A stretch of 64,000 nucleotides of DNA, taken from assembly GCF_964355755.1 (NCBI RefSeq), contig NC_092675.1, forward strand, positions 23,966,912 to 24,030,911, read 5' to 3'. Below the pieces are notes generated by a model. It searched no databases, was not told the origin of the DNA, and saw nothing but the letters and a program-made list of their open reading frames with translations. Shown here in pieces: positions 39,410 through 52,181 of the stretch (its first letter is position 1; every line of letters begins with the position of its first letter). This stretch comes from Antedon mediterranea. Lineage: Eukaryota > Animalia > Echinodermata. The translations under genes were made by a program, and so were the position numbers.

Positions 39410-40792
39410 CTAGCAATTATACCCGCCCCAGGGCGGGTTTCAAAATTAGTTTACAGCCTTCTCAGTACATAACACCCGACGCCAGTATCTGTCTATACTC
39501 ACCAACATCGACCCCTCAACAACACCCCATACTCTTTCTTAAAAACAAAATCTTCCCAGTGATGGACAAATTCAATTCAACCTAAGCTTCGAATTGAGAG
39601 GAGTATTCATAACTACGATGGGTCTAATAATGGTTGTAGTACGTTGTAAATTGTGTAAATGAATAGGTGTCATATTGGCTGATAATTAAAATTTGTAATT
39701 TAGATACTGCGGGCACCCAGCCTTCTTTCTCCTTTCACCACCCCAGCCACCATCAACAAACCTTAACTCCTCGCCTGGACAGTTCAAATTTAGTAACTTT
39801 TCGTAGTACAATCCAATCATATAGGCTACTTCATTACGCTAGTATTTTCGCTCCTCCGCCCCCTACTGCACTAAACCCCAGTACAAATTATGTTATTATC
39901 ACTCCCAACCCATAATCCCTCAGTGGCAGTTTTCAAATACAGTTTCGGTCATGGTGATAGGCCTACATCCCCACCCCAACCTCCCATCCGCTTCCCAGGG
40001 ATGATTAAATACTTTAACATTTTCCAACCACAATTCTGGTGTAAGCAAAATCCCCACTATCCCCTGAACCCAAACCCTATCACCCAAACCCTATCTCCCA
40101 ACCCCACTCTCCCACAATGGGCGTTTTTCCCTTGGAGGATTGGTGGTGTAGTTGAACACAGTAACAGTAAACAACGTTTGTATGTTCACACAAGAATGGA
40201 TGTTTTTACTGAGACAATCCAAGAGACGATACATAGCTGGATATGGTTAAAGTACTTTGCTAAATGTGTAAATGAATAGGTGTCATATTGGTTAATGAAT
40301 AAAATATGTATATCTATATACGCCTTGCTGAGGATAATTAAAATACTGTAAAACTTTTGTAGTATAATTTTACAATTCAATAGCCTACAACCCCGAGCCC
40401 TAGCGAAAAATGACATCACAAAGCACCACACCACCCCCGCCCACCCCTCCCACCCCTCCCACAAAAAACCCAGGAGTCAGGGGAATTATTTAAAATGTAG
40501 TTTAAAACCTTCCGGGTACAATTGCCATCATTTTAATACCCCATACGTATGGTTACGTGCAGAAACAGAAATTTTTATAACGAACAAACATCGAAAGTGG
40601 GGGGTTTGACCACATTTTGGTCCCTAACTTGGATCCTAGGTGGCGGATGATGTTGAAATATAGCTTAGAACATTCCCGGTACAATTGCGGTCATTTTAAT
40701 ACCCCATATGTAAGATTATGTGCAGTAACAAAATTTTGTATAACGAACAAACAAACAAACAGACAGACAAACTCTCTCACTTATAATATAGA
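39410..40792 (-). mobile_element. Non-autonomous Helitron, 1383 bp
   Basis: Minus strand begins TC and ends CTAG. GC hairpin ACCCGCCC-CA-GGGCGGGT at 39421-39438, (GTTT/GTCT)n near the 5' end, A|T insertion without TSD. Exact empty site TATGA|TTATACAG at 6570/6571 and 22873/22874. Confidence 0.92.
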
Positions 40793-41960
40793 TTATACAG
40801 TACCGGAACTAGTTACTCTGAGTTATTATAGTTGAAAATGATAATTTGAAAAAAATATATAATTTAATAAACCGTAATAAAACCAGTGAGATCTGCCATC
40901 CTCAACATAATACTATCTCTGTCTACACTATCAAACTTTATGTACTCAAATATATGGTAGTGATATGCCATCATTATGTCCATATATGGGCACGTCATCA
41001 CATTTTTGATTACATAAAGTTTGATAGTGTAGTATAGACAGACCTTAAGAAAATAGCTATTCGGATTAAATATTGAATGATCATCAAGAAAAACTACAAA
41101 AAAGCAATTATTATGCAAATGCATTTAGACAAAAGCACAGTACTGTAATTGGAAATAGAACTAAGAGGATGTCCCAACTGTAAAATGTTTAAACAACAAA
41201 CCTAAAACGATGAATCAATTTTCAATCTCGGATCAATAAACTATTGTAAAACGGTCCTTTATTGGAGAACCTTTGCTAAAACCAACCCGTTAATTCATTA
41301 ATAAAAGAAAAGTTAATTTCTTGTTCAGTAGGCCTAAATATCTCAATGTAATTCGAGCCAAATTGTTAATGAATAATCTTGCAGTATTACATAATGATCT
41401 GTTTAATCATTTGATCGTGCTGGGAAGGAATGACAGGTTTAACACAGTTATCAATCATCTATAAAAATGGTAAAGACTGGTGAAAAACTCGACGTGAGCT
41501 TATACTGTAGTAACGCAAGAAAATCGACATGAGAAAACCTTCAGAAAAGCGATTGATTATTTTATTGTAACATTGTCATTAGGCCTATTACAGTATACAG
41601 TTCCACACAATATTCTTAGTAAATTGAGTGTTTAAATTGCAAATCCATTTATTTATTTATTATTTATGAATGACGATTTTATCATTTATGAAGAAGCTGT
41701 AGTTGCGAGGGAAAAAATATGGAACGTTTTGGTGGTGGTTGATTTATGTGGTGGATGATTATTGGTGGTGGCTGATTGGTTGGTTGTGGGTAATTTGGCT
41801 GTGGGCTGATTTGGTGATGGCTGATTGGTTGATTTGGTTGTAGGCTGATTTGGTGGTGGCTGATTGATTGGTGGTGGCTAATTTGGTTGTAGGCTGATTT
41901 GGTGGTGTCTGATTGTGGTGCTGGCTGATTTGGTGGTAGATGATTTTTGGCGGTGGATAA

Positions 41961-43453
41961 TTATTGGTGGTGGTTGATTTGGTGGTGGCTGATTATTGGT
42001 AGTGGCTGATTTATTGGTGGTGGTGGCTGATTTATTGGTGGTGGTGGCTGATTTATTGGTGGTGGTGGCTGATTTGTTTTTGGTGGTGGATGATTATAAA
42101 TATGAGGGGAATAGTTAAACTGAGAATTGCTTTGTTGCTCTTCGTCCTCATCAAGTATTCTAAATATCACCTCCTGCATTTGCTGAATCGCTTTGCGCTT
42201 AAGCCTAGGAGTTTTTATCTTTTTCAACCACATTGCAAATAGTTTACCCTGTTGCAGATCTTCATCATCGGCTCCTGTTTCATTCTTATTCGATGATGAT
42301 GTAGTAGCTGTACGCAAAGCTTCTGTTGCAGCTAACATGAAATCGTCATGTGGGGTTCTCTCATTAATTGTCTTTAACTTTTTATTGTTTTTAGGTGTTA
42401 GATGCTTAGCCGCAGGGTATTTTCTTGTTCCTGTAGAATCCTTGCTAGTTTGAAGAGCATCACAATCATCACCAACATCTTCATAATCAAAATAATCTGC
42501 ATATTCATCAGTGATGTAAATTGACACATTAGGTTCCTGAAAATAAAACAGATGACACCAACAATATGTTACCAAAATATACATAATTTATTGCAAAACA
42601 GATAGGTTGAAGGTTTAGGAAAAATGAAATTTCCCCAAAAGTCAAATTCTAATACTTGTGAGAAGGAAGAGAGGCGCGTACCCAAATGAAATAGCGCCGT
42701 ATTACACTTACAGTGACTGTGGTATACAGGAATTCCTAAAACTAGAAAAGGATTTTGTATTGTTTGTACATGATTATTTCAATAACAACATAGAGTCAAA
42801 TGCGTCAATGGCAACTGCTAATAAACATTGTAAACTTACAATTTTGTATATTTCTTACCAAATTTGAAACGGATAGCTGGCTAGCAAAATGTGTGGCAGC
42901 AAGAAATGTATCAAGTTGTTCAAAATACATCCACTTAGATACATAGACACCATCTGTACCCTGTTCACTCGCCTTAACTTTTGCCTTTTCTCTACTGTAG
43001 TACGTCCTAAAACTGTTTATTTTTGTCTGTATGTCAGTTGCTGTAGAACGAAAATGGGGAAAAATGTAAATTAAGACAACTTCTAAACTATTCAACTTTG
43101 TATGTAGGCTTTGTTTGTATAAATATCTGTATTACAGCTCGTAAATCGATTGAAACGACATGAGGTCCTTGGGGACCTCTGGCTCCTATTATCGGATTGG
43201 CACTGTTTGTATTAGCCTACCACCTTATTTTTAAGGATATGACAATATTGTATAGATAGTCAAGAATAATATACTGAATGAAAAAAAGCAAGTTCAAATG
43301 TTACGCACCAGTTACTCCAAACTTGAGAGCAATCTTGTTCAACGCTGCTTTTCGTTTATCTTTGTCCTTGTATTCTGGCATCTGAATATTCCATAACACT
43401 TCTTCTTGTCGATAACAATCTATCAATTCTGTTGTCAATTTCAGTTTTGCCAT
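41961..43453 (-). CDS. Harbinger-associated MADF (Myb/SANT-like) DNA-binding protein with BESS-like C-terminal motif, 300 aa
   Basis: Exons 43453-43309, 43040-42859, 42536-41961 splice in frame. LIDCYRQEEVLWN...YKDKDKRKAALNKIA...KINSFRTYYSRE...YVSKWMYFEQLDTFL; DEDLQQGKLFAMWLKKI..RLKRKAIQQMQEVIF. Convergent with the transposase. Confidence 0.88.
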
Positions 43454-44449
43454 TTACACATATATACAGTATATAAATAGATTTGGTTGAGTTAATTAAT
43501 CTGACTAATTATAATTACTGAAAGCAATAGATGATATTCACTGGTCACCACGAGTCTACAATGTTTATTGCTCGCTTCCAAATATCTGCAGTTGTATCAT
43601 TCTTCCATGGGGAGTTGTATTGACTGATGTTTCTTATCAACTTCAGTGTGATCAAACTTTTATTCCAGCATGACCTTCAGCTTCTTTGTGAATACAAAAG
43701 GCTATAAAACACGGCTACCATTTACAACATGTTTGTATTGCTCAGAATTTGATACCAATTTTTTTACAACAGCCAATCAGCTGGCCAAAATGCATGGCTT
43801 GGCACGTCATGTAGGGATCGACTTCTATTCACTCGAATAAAATATAACTGAAACATCTAAATAATACATGAACATTTACTAGTAAAAAGACAAAAAATGG
43901 TTACATTTCAACCAAAAACCCATTGGATAGCAACCAATTTGAATGTTTTTTCAGGTAAATAATTTTGTTTTTCAATTAAATTTTTGAATGAATGACTTGG
44001 AACATCAACATGGCATTATAACAAACAAATTTGAAAACAAAAATGAATTTACTTCTTTCTCGGCACAGTTTAATATCAACAATGATACCTAATTAACTAA
44101 TACAGTACTAGCTAGAATCATCAATTCAACGTGTGAGAAGCAAAAGGGGGGAAAAAGGCCTACACGACGGCGTTCGTCACATTTTAATGAGAGACTTGCG
44201 GGCGTTCATTAATCATCCATGTGACCAAAACCTGTAATGTCGCTAATTTGTTACACGCATGATTGATTTTTGTTGTTGTTCTTGTTGACGACGACGTATG
44301 GCTATGCAGCGCAGCACCCAGTGTGTGACGAGTGTATGTGTAGTAGGCCTAGCCTAGGCCTTCGAAGCTTAGCTGTAACTTATTATTAAAAAATAGGATA
44401 ATTGGAGCTCAACCGCAACAATGTTAGATAGCATAGTAAGTACCGTTAA

Positions 44450-45680
44450 CCCATTGACCCCTAAGTTTATTTTGCTCCCCTGGGACCCAAAAAGCATATG
44501 TCATATAATTAACCCTAACTTTTTTTCTAAACACAGACATTAAAAAAATTAAAAAACAAAAATAATTCAAAGGACATTTTATTTCCAAATATGTTATCAA
44601 ATTTGTGTTACAACTTATTTTGGCGGAGTATGGATTATGCAAATTTTAGAAATATTTTAGGAAAATTATTAAAAATTTGTAATTTATCTTTGACTACCAA
44701 ATGCACAAAAATTAATAAATATTTCATAATAAAACTCATCTCTTCATCAGAACCTATTTCTTCTCTTCAAAATAAGACCAAACTTGACCATTATGAATGA
44801 CCGGTTTCGAAATTATGAAGAAATTAGTAGACTGACTCATCCGACGATGACCATATGGGGCCTAGGCCTATCGGGAGCCGCCCCGAGAGCGTCCTCGCCG
44901 CTGTTTGTTCACCGGGAATGTTAAAAAAAACATCCCGAAAGCGACTTGGAATTCGCGATTCCCACGCGCACCGGCATCCCTCGGGAGCTTAGTCCGCTGT
45001 TTTAGACGTGTAACTTGCAGAAAATTTGACGAAAATGCGTCGAAAACTTATGAAATTAAAACAAGTTTGGTATCAAAATGTTTGTCAAAAGTTATGCTTC
45101 AATAAACTGACCTTTGCGCAGAGTTTGAACAAATATTTCATGCCCATAATGCATCTGACATGTCAGGGTTCATATTACAATCAAAGGTAAACAATATGGC
45201 GCGGCCCTCATGAGGACATCTTCACGACTTTTCTCCGGTAGAAAAATCACATTTTTACATGGAAATATGACGATTTAGACACTGTAACTGATACATAATC
45301 TTTATTTATTATACATTTATTGTATACAAGCTTCAAAATAGTGATTATTAGAAATAAAGATGGATTTTAGACGATTTTACGTTGTATGTTTAGGCCTAGA
45401 TTCATTCAACGCGCCTGTCGCGTTTCGAACAGCGTGCTTCGAAAAACGGTTATATTTTCGAATTTTATTTTCAAACTAACTTCAACAATTGTTTTTATAT
45501 ATTTAGAAGCATATTTTTAAAAAAAAAGTTGTGAGTATTTTGTATAATTTGTTGTTACGATTCATGCACAGCAAACTGCGCATGTAAATTCGATTTACTT
45601 TTTTTTTGTTGAAAATTTGTTTACAATGACCTTGACTTTTAACCTTTTGAGCGCTTTAAGCGCTTATCGTGGTGAATCGG
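44450..45680. mobile_element. Possible old piggyBac-like non-autonomous element
   Basis: TTAA|CCCATTGACC ... GGTGAATCGG|TTAA; terminal match is imperfect. Confidence 0.3.
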
Positions 45681-46036
45681 TTAAGGCCAAGCCTATGGTA
45701 GGCCAAACCTATAAAATTAAGTCCTAGGCCTACACTGTAACTTATTATTAACAGCAGACAGGAGAAGGAGGCCTCCCTTCGGCCCTCTAAATCTAGCAGC
45801 TAGGCCTAGGCCTATTTTATAGGGGACCTAGCTAGGCACGCCAGACGCCTAGTAGGCTTAGCTAGGGCTACCTACCTAGCCTACTAACACGGCGGTATGA
45901 GAATGCGTAAATATGTAGGACTAGCTAGCGACATTATTACAGGACAGTGCAGTACAGTAGTAAGTAAGTACAGTACAATGATGATTGTTTAGGCTAGTTC
46001 AACATCTTTTTAGATATGTTCACACAAATATATTAA

Positions 46037-46366
46037 AGATGTATTGTCCTCCTGAAAAAATAATTCTTACACAATTTTTTGTTGAGTATTCCATTTTAGT
46101 GTAACATAATAATTATCCAAATAGTTGACCAAAAATTGGATCGAAAAAAAAAAAGGTATTTACCTGAAAAAAATGTAATTTAAAGCAAAAAATGGTCATT
46201 CCAATGGATTTTTGGTTGAAATTAACCATTTATTTTGTCATTTTATAAGTAAAAACATTTTTTTTCTATGAAAGTGATTAACTTTATTAAAACTACAAAA
46301 TAACATATTCAAAGTCCGATTTAATTAATCTTCAATTTTCATGTTTTTTTTGGGGACAATACATCT
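46037..46366. mobile_element. TTAA-flanked MITE (Kolobok-like)
   Basis: TTAA|AGATGTATTGTCC ... GGACAATACATCT|TTAA. Confidence 0.75.
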
Positions 46367-46454
46367 TTAACTTTTTAGTTTGGCCTAAAAATGGGTTCAA
46401 CCTAAATTATTATTAATATATTTAATTTATATTATGTTTTTTATAATAATGTAG

Positions 46455-49400
46455 GATGTAGTTATAAACATTGTGTTTTGTCAGCTGTCATTTTATGGTT
46501 TATTCTACATGGTTGCAAGTCTAATGCATGGCATATTTGTGTAAGTATTTTAAATTCCAATTCATCTTTTATTTGTCAAATTCATATAGGCCTATTAGTA
46601 TTATAAATCAGAAAGTCTTTGGTAATACACTGCATAACTGATAAAACATTTAAAAATACGTATTTTATTATTCTAGAACTTTAATTTAATACTTAACAAT
46701 GTACACAAAAGATCTTAAGATAAAGTATGTTGCATAATGAAAGATAAGGCTCTCCTGCCATCTGTGGTGTTTGTGGTCTGTTCCAACAAAAAGCCTTCCT
46801 TTTATTTATTATACTTTTTAATTTGTTATTCATTCAGATTAATCATTCAGAGATTATTGTATATGATTATAGTGTTGACTTTTTTTGTGTTTCTGTGTTT
46901 CTTCACCTTCAATCAATTGTATCAAATTAATTTCCTGGCCCTGTGGACTAAATTATGACATTTTTTAAGTACAGTACTGTAATACTTTTTTTAAGAAATA
47001 ATTTTTATTTAAACCAAATTGTTTACACGATCTATAAGACAATTTTTGTGAACAAATAGTTTATTATTAATGTAATACAAAATCATTTTGTTTTTGATAT
47101 TAATGAAATATTTGTGCACACTATTATTGACCACCACACCTAGTACTTTCTGATAGCTATTATTTATCATCACCAGTTACTTCTCTTGTCTTGCTCTACA
47201 CTATTTTATGCCATTTTACTCTGTTATGCATAGGATGGTTATTATATGGCAATTGTAAACTTATTCTATTTAGTAAATTGTGTTGATGATATTAAATGGT
47301 GTACAGTATGTATTATAAAAATATAATTTGGCTGTGACAAAATCGTATCTCATTTTTCAGTTTAGATGATTTTGATGGTAAAATACCGTTTCATGTCGAC
47401 AGTTTCCAAAGTATGTTTAGTAATGCAACAACAACCTGGAACCAACCAATATTTCTAGGTAAAAACATAATTATTAAATAATGTGGTGTTGTTGTTTATA
47501 TACAAATAACTACCCTCTAATACAGTAGTTTGGCTCTTGCCAGATAATAATCCTAAAAGTTTACTTAAATTGAATTATTATTTTGATTTAGATTATTTAC
47601 AGTATGCTGTCAATCTAAATCAAAATAGAAGATATTGAAAGATTTGTATTTTAATTTTAATTAATGAATTACTTTTATATTGAAATGTTTTTTTCTTTTT
47701 ACTCAGCTGATTTATTGTCTTTAGAGTGTACGTGTTTGATCAGTCCATTGGCTTTCATCGTTTTCCTCTATGAAAGGATTTGGGATTTTGCAGTTACAAC
47801 TATTCTTCTACATGTTCTTATAGTTTGTATTGGTAAGTATATTTTTACTCGGTGTACCCGAGTCTAGGACTCTTTCATCTTCTCCTTTTCCATCCGACAC
47901 TATTGATTAAAAAGTGCGATTTATAAAATACTACTCCTCCCTTATTCGTTGTAGTATTGAGCTGAGATTTGGCATGAATATACTACAAGGGCATGTCCTC
48001 AAAGCTATAGCAGGATTTTTAAATTTCAAACCGGATGCAGTCATATGACGTCTCGAAGATGGTACCGTATAGCCGTATAAACTATTTGGTAGCGAGGTTA
48101 TTGATGTGTATGTGACGTCACATCCTGTCTTATGACGTCATTACAGCTTCTTTTGCTGTACCCAGAGTATCGTACATTCATGCTTGTTTATCATTGCTGT
48201 CTGTTGACAACTCGCACAAGAGCATCTGAAACATGATCTTCAATAGAAATACTTTCTTACTGTAGCCTATAACATTTAAATATAGAACAGCCTTCTTTCC
48301 AACTTACTGCAGCCTCCTTTAATATCCAGACTTATTGTAACTATTATTCAGTATACTTGCACAACATTTAACAAATATCCCAATCAAATCAAATATTTAT
48401 TGACTTGTAAAATAGTAATGGTGATACAGTTACTATTAGTATTTAAGGAAATCAATTAATTTAGTACAGTACCTTTCATTTTCACCATTTTACCATCCAG
48501 TATTAGCTGCCACTGTAGCATCCAGTACTGCAGCCTTCATTGCAAAGCAAACATTCAGCCTGAACCTTGCCACTTTCAATTCATGCAACCACATTTAGAA
48601 TCCAGCCAAGATCATGCCTGCTACAGCTGAGCACTGTACTCTTTATGCTTGCAGTGGACTGTTTTTAGGTGCTTACTTGAAAGTACGCTTGTTTATTAAG
48701 GATTTAAATATTGAATATTGAATTTATAAAAAGCAAATGCGTTGCCTGGCAATGTACTTATTCGGTTTTTGTTCAACCACCTCAAAATTAAAAACAGCAT
48801 GCTTCAATAACTCCCTTGTACTTGTAGCGAGTGAGTGGCCGAGCGGTTAAGACAGTGGAACCGTAATTACATAGCCATAACATCGGCAGCCTGGGGTTCG
48901 AGGCTCACTCACTCCATGGTTCTGGTCGTAGAACGAGTCTTCTCGGATAAGGACTATAAACCGTAGGTCCAGTGTACACATCTAGCTCGTTTCCACTTTA
49001 AAAAACCTAGTACATCTTTCGAGACGAGTAGGGGGTTACCCCGGTGTATTAGTACATCACAGCCACTGATCATAACTGGGACCTCTGGGAGACCAGTCTT
49101 TGACTGCAGAGGTCGCCCAGTATAAATATATATTTCAATTTCAATAGCCTTGTGGCCAGACACTGTACGTAGCTAGTGAGTTCCTAGGTTCTGCATGTTT
49201 GAGAAAGTTTCACTTCTAACGACTAAAATAAATATTTGTTTCAATTGTTTGTCTTTGCAGTTAATTTATCTATCCCTACGGTATGGGAATGGTGGGTGAG
49301 TATATTAATAGGCCTTGTCAGCATGATATTTATTGGAGAAGCTTTAAATGCCTGTTTTCATCGGAAAAGTTCTAACAAAGAACAAAACAAAGAAAAGTGA
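46455..49400 (+). CDS. TMEM244: TMEM244-like (SYS1-related) membrane protein; first exon uncertain
   Basis: Exons 46455-46540, 47361-47458, 47707-47832, 49261-49400 in frame; motifs IPF, LLSLECT, ERIWDFAVTTILLHV, IPTVWEWW. Candidate phase-0 first exons 45160-45186 or 45897-45959. Confidence 0.78.
47843..48190. mobile_element. HINE-like element in TMEM244 intron
   Basis: T-run, hairpin ACTCGG-TGTAC-CCGAGT and an imperfect distal inverted copy GTACCCAGAGTA. Confidence 0.35.
48827..49145 (+). mobile_element. tRNA-derived SINE with Deu-domain-like core
   Basis: A box TGGCCGAGCGG, B box GGTTCGAGGC, core GGATAAGGACTATAAACCGTAGGTCC...GAGTAGGGGGTTACCCCGGTG; three copies in the window. Confidence 0.85.
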
Positions 49401-50779
49401 ACCAGATGTAATAACATTTGTCTTCTGCATGTATTTTCCATTTGATGTAATAACAATTTTGAGTAAAATTTTTTTGTTGTTGTATATTTGAAATGGAAAC
49501 TGAAATAGATCCAGAAGCTAAATAAGGCAATTACGTATAATAGGGAGCTTTACAATGGCTGACGGCCCGGACTATATAATGTGTTTCATTGTGCAGGGAT
49601 AATGGGATGTTTGTCCTCGCTCCTCACCTCGACACAGGTTTGATGTTTTCTAGATCCAGACAACAACCTGACCTAGTCGTTGTTCCTCTCGTTGCAAATC
49701 GAAAGGTTAAAATTTAGGTTAATTTTCAATAAATCAGGCCTTGTCTATTAAAGTGAGCGAGTGTGATCACTCACCTAGTGACCTAATACACTCCTAAACT
49801 GCCCTAGAGAAATGCAATTTACAACACGCTTAAATTTGGTAAACTTTTACACGCCAAAATACAAACAGCACCCCTGAATGTATTGGGGAGTGCAATTTGT
49901 AATCTATATAACCTATAATTTTCAAAAGACAAGGCCTGATGAATTATAGAAAGAACTTGATATTTAATTTTGTTGTCTTATCTTTTCTTTTACACAATAT
50001 ATACAGTAGGCTCCTACTAAGTAGGTCTAACTAGTCAATCTTTACGTATTTTTTATACTTAACTGTACTTATTTAAAACTGAATTTATTTTAAATTTAAA
50101 ATTATCAGATGTAGCAACACAAGACGTCTTTCAAATTGCAAATAGATCTAATGAAAGAAAAAAGTAATAATTGTCTAGAGATTACCAACGAAAAATAGGC
50201 CTGATACTGTATACAGTATCTTGGAAATATTCAGTATAGATGTTTCAATCATTTTATAGGCAGTAATTAGTGATACATTGTCAGAAAAAGTTGATAGCAA
50301 CACATATTTTTATAGACCCAATCAAATTAATTTCAATGTTACCATGCTGTATATTTTTATATTAAATATCTCTTTTTTTGGTACAACTTCGTCGTTACCC
50401 TGCCTTGTTTTAATCTAGATCGGTATTTCTTGAAGGACTAAAGTTTTAATGATGATTGAAAAGGCAAATGAATTTTAAAGTATATTTCTTGCCTATAGCT
50501 TACCTAGATAAACCGACATGAGCCGTTTCCTCACTTCGTGGACAAAATATGGAAGTGGAACAGTGGAGTGGTTTTGGTGGAACACCCTACCTGTAAATGG
50601 GACAATCCGCTACCACGGCTCTAGAGCTATTCCACTGCGCTGGGCCGGTAGACTTAGGCCATGCTTACTGTGTGGCTTATTAGGCCTAGCCTAAATCGTT
50701 AAGTTTGTGAATGAAGGCTGACGTCCTAGTGATGAGACCCAGGCCATAACCTGTATATAATATTAGATGCTTTATTTAA

Positions 50780-51318
50780 AGATGTATTGTCCCTTTGACT
50801 AATTCCAACAAAATTATGAAAAAAATATTTCGGAAAAATGTGGGTCATTTTGAAGTATCTAAAAATTATTAACTTTCACCAAAAATTTGTCGGAAAAAAA
50901 ATCATTTAACTGAAATACAGACGTTTTTTTGTTCAAAAAATAACTTTGACTTCCAGTCAAAGTTTTCGATCAAAACATATCTCATAATGCAACGCGCTTG
51001 TTTGGCTACTGTGTATGCATAATCATAAAACTTCCTCGCAATCTATGTGAAAACACCTTCTCAACCATGACGGGTTGTAAACAATCCTAATTAACATCAT
51101 GCATACTCGTGGTTTGAAATCTTTGTTTACTTTTGTTCGCGACGATTTTCCAGATGAAATGTAATAAAATTAAATTACCTGTTAATTACGTAAACTGGTT
51201 GTTTTTTGGCTCAAATTTTCGACTTAATGTGAATAACTTTAATATTACTTTGATATGGCCAATTTAAATTTAGAATATTTTGAACTTCATTTTTTGTGTT
51301 TCAAGGGACAATACATCT
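50780..51318. mobile_element. TTAA-flanked MITE (Kolobok-like)
   Basis: TIR AGATGTATTGTCCCTT / AAGGGACAATACATCT with TTAA on both sides; homologous to 58479-58974. Confidence 0.8.
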
Positions 51319-52181
51319 TTAAAATAACAAGTTTGCAAATATAATTTTACTGAAATTCACTTTACTATTCTCAGAACATCATCGCGAGATTATACTGTAT
51401 TCTCGGCCACGGATTTTGGTAAACTTTTGCAGTGTCATGACGTCATACGTCCTCTTGTATACTTTATCCAGTCGCCTAGCGCATGCGCATGTCATAACAA
51501 TGACGTAATAGGGTAGTAGTCATCATAGTCGACGTGAAAAACTAAAAGCAAATTGCACATTTAATAATATCTTAGATTTACATAGCGCCTAATGTTCCAT
51601 CAATTTTTGTAAGAATGGTTATTATTATTGAAATGTAAAGTCATGAGTGTACAGTATATTTTCTATTTTATTGGACCAATGTGGTAACAGATATGGTCTT
51701 TAAATCGGGTGTGTCTTTAATACTGATGTATTTCCCCGTCCGCATGCTCTTATTTTCGGTAGCAGGCGTACGCCGTAGTCTGCTAGTAGTAATTAGCTAA
51801 GTATTTTACATTTATATAATTTGTCATTGGTTTCGTTTGGAAATAAGAAATGAAAATGTAAAGTTTTATTATCATTGTTAAAAAAAGTCATTTTACTTAA
51901 AAGCATTGATCATCCTCAAGAACGTCAATTTATCATAAATGTATTGAATGACGAATTATAGTTAAACTTACCGGTATAAACAAATGTCCATTAGTGATTA
52001 GTTTAATTAGATTAGACAATGTTACTATTTCATTATTTCATTTTTGTTCAACCATAATCATAAAATAAATATTGAACATAAAACTTAATACGAAGGTAAA
52101 TATTTACTAAATAGTCACATTTATATATACTGTAATATATTCGAAAACCATTTATTTGCGAGGAGACAGTTGAGGATAAAT

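Larger units (their letters stand above)
25163..43773. repeat. Terminal, least-deleted unit U2 of the tandem amplification
   Basis: Homology to the junction ends at ...TTTACAACAGC (43773), followed by CAATCAG instead of satellite. Confidence 0.9.

Noticed and set aside
39667-40835. ORFs inside the Helitron as captured genes or RepHel
   Set aside because: No Rep/helicase motifs or recognisable domains; low-complexity C-rich sequence.
48827-48915. tRNA genes at SINE heads (also 52519, 54676)
   Set aside because: A/B boxes run directly into a shared ~230-bp SINE body; no clean cloverleaf.
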